From Octopus sinensis (lineage: Eukaryota), in NCBI RefSeq assembly GCF_006345805.1, contig NC_043000.1, positions 128,588,001 to 128,652,000 of the forward strand: a stretch of 64,000 nucleotides of DNA, in the 5' to 3' direction. Within the stretch, counting starts at the first letter, position 1, and each line of letters begins with the position of its first letter. A program made the position numbers and the translations under genes. Positions 62,441 to 64,000 of this stretch are shown piece by piece. The notes beneath the pieces were generated by a model. It saw only the letters and a program-made list of their open reading frames with translations. It did not search any database and was not told where the DNA came from.

Positions 62441-63739
62441 GTATGTAAGTGCAAATATCTTGATATATAAAAGGAGATATTTATTGTGGGTCACTATTTT
62501 GCACCTACGTTGCAAAAGTTTTGCATATGCACACATTTGTTCGCGGAGGAGGTAAAAATTCAGACAACCTTTTTCTGATTTTTTTCTATATTCTTTGAAA
62601 ATCTAAGAATGTTGTATACTTATAAGCACTGCAATAGATATTACAAACAATTACTGGTTAGAAAAAGGTGTCATTAGTGTAGCGGTTCTTAATTCAGGGG
62701 CAGAGATCCCTTAGAGGTGGAGCGTTGAGAACTCACACGGGGCAACAAATGTGAAAAGGTGCCATGGGGAAACGTTAAGTGTATATAGAGAGGTCAAGAT
62801 TTTGGTTTTAGAAATAAATTATTGAATCAGATGCAATGCATACATTTTAAATGCATTTAAAAGAGAAAAAGATAGTCACAATTAGAATATGTGCAGGACA
62901 TTACGTTATCATTAAGCAGAATCATACGCCATGATTCGTTAAGATCCAATATAATTTCTAGATACAAGTCCTCACTGTCTTTAATAATTTCTATAAGCAT
63001 TATATATGAATGTTCAAGCAAATATTTAAAAAAAAGGCAAATGCTGGATGAGAAACTAAAAGAAAATATAGAAAATAATTTACTATGCAAAATTCGCTCC
63101 TACTTAATTAGAATTATCCAGAATCTAGAAAGAGAAAACTCTTTTTCTCAGACAATTTTTAAAACTGTAGAAGTAAAATTATATTTAATGCCTTGTGTTT
63201 GTTAGGTAATATTTTTTGTGCATTTTATAAAGCTCAACTTGCATTATCTTGGATGCAACAACTTTAAGTGAATCAACAGTCCTTGACCAATTGGAGACAC
63301 ACATCCTGATGAGTTATACAGTGAATCATCAATTTCACGCAAATGTATAAACTGTACTTTATGTATTCTTTTCTTTTCTACTCTACTGTATAGCACAACT
63401 GTCCTCTTACAATCTGTCAAGGAACTGAAGGCTCAAAGTATGGGAAGGCAATGTGTGATATGAAAGATATCTGGCTGTTATTTCCCGCAAATCAAAAATC
63501 TATATAGAAGCTTCCTCATTAGCTTGTCTTGGCGTCATTACATCTAATTGTACATTGTTAGAATATTGGTGTTGTTTGTGTATCATTGTCTACATTTGTT
63601 TATTCATTGGATGACAAGTACCCATATCTCTATATTGACATCGGTCACTTAAAAGTAAACAGAAGGAATATCTTCTAAACAATGTTCCTTCCGTTTACTT
63701 TTTTATTGTATGATATTACCCGCCTACGAACCTGGGGCT

Positions 63740-64000
63740 TCCTGTGCAGAATCGTTACAGTTGTTAAGACGCATTCCAGCTTCTTACGCTCAGAGCTCAA
63801 ATACCATCGAGGCAAATTTCTCATTTTTATCTTTTCGGAGTCGATAAAATAAAGTACCAGTGAAGTACTGAGGTTGGTGGTATCGATTTCTCTCCTCTCC
63901 TCAAAACTACTGATGTCTGGAGGGCGTAGGACGAAATGCTTTGTACTATTTAATTATTTCTACGACCTGAGTTCAAATCACAACCAGTTCGGCTTTACTT
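63740..64000 (+). mobile_element. Degenerate family B SINE units
   Basis: CTTTTCGGAGTCGATAAAATAAAGTACCAG and CTGAGTTCAAATC motifs. Confidence 0.65.

Overview
AT-rich eukaryotic DNA packed with microsatellites and transposable-element (TE) remnants. The SINE families and repeat load suggest a coleoid cephalopod, most likely Octopus (inference). No complete host protein-coding gene can be supported, so the window looks intronic or intergenic; nearly all long ORFs in the track are translated microsatellites. DNA transposons: a decayed FLYWCH-MULE transposase, an internally deleted DD34D mariner, a DD37D (maT) remnant, a Helitron helicase fragment, two non-autonomous Helitrons, Tigger-like and hAT-like MITEs, and several long fold-back elements. 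Retroelements: an RTE fragment, three CR1-like LINE remnants (one lacking its whole RT core), many tRNA-derived SINEs of at least three families, and a ~5.2-kb Neptune-type Penelope-like element (RT plus GIY-YIG). The Penelope element's 3' region carries a duplicated 1.2-kb cryptic (CA) satellite and a hammerhead-like motif with a non-canonical core. Best leads: the Penelope/hammerhead-like system, a SINE-LINE shared 3' tail visible within the window, the RT-less CR1, a bipartite RTE-derived element present twice, and multiple dsRNA-forming fold-backs. Coordinates were read by eye and TE ends are approximate unless a TSD or TIR is cited.
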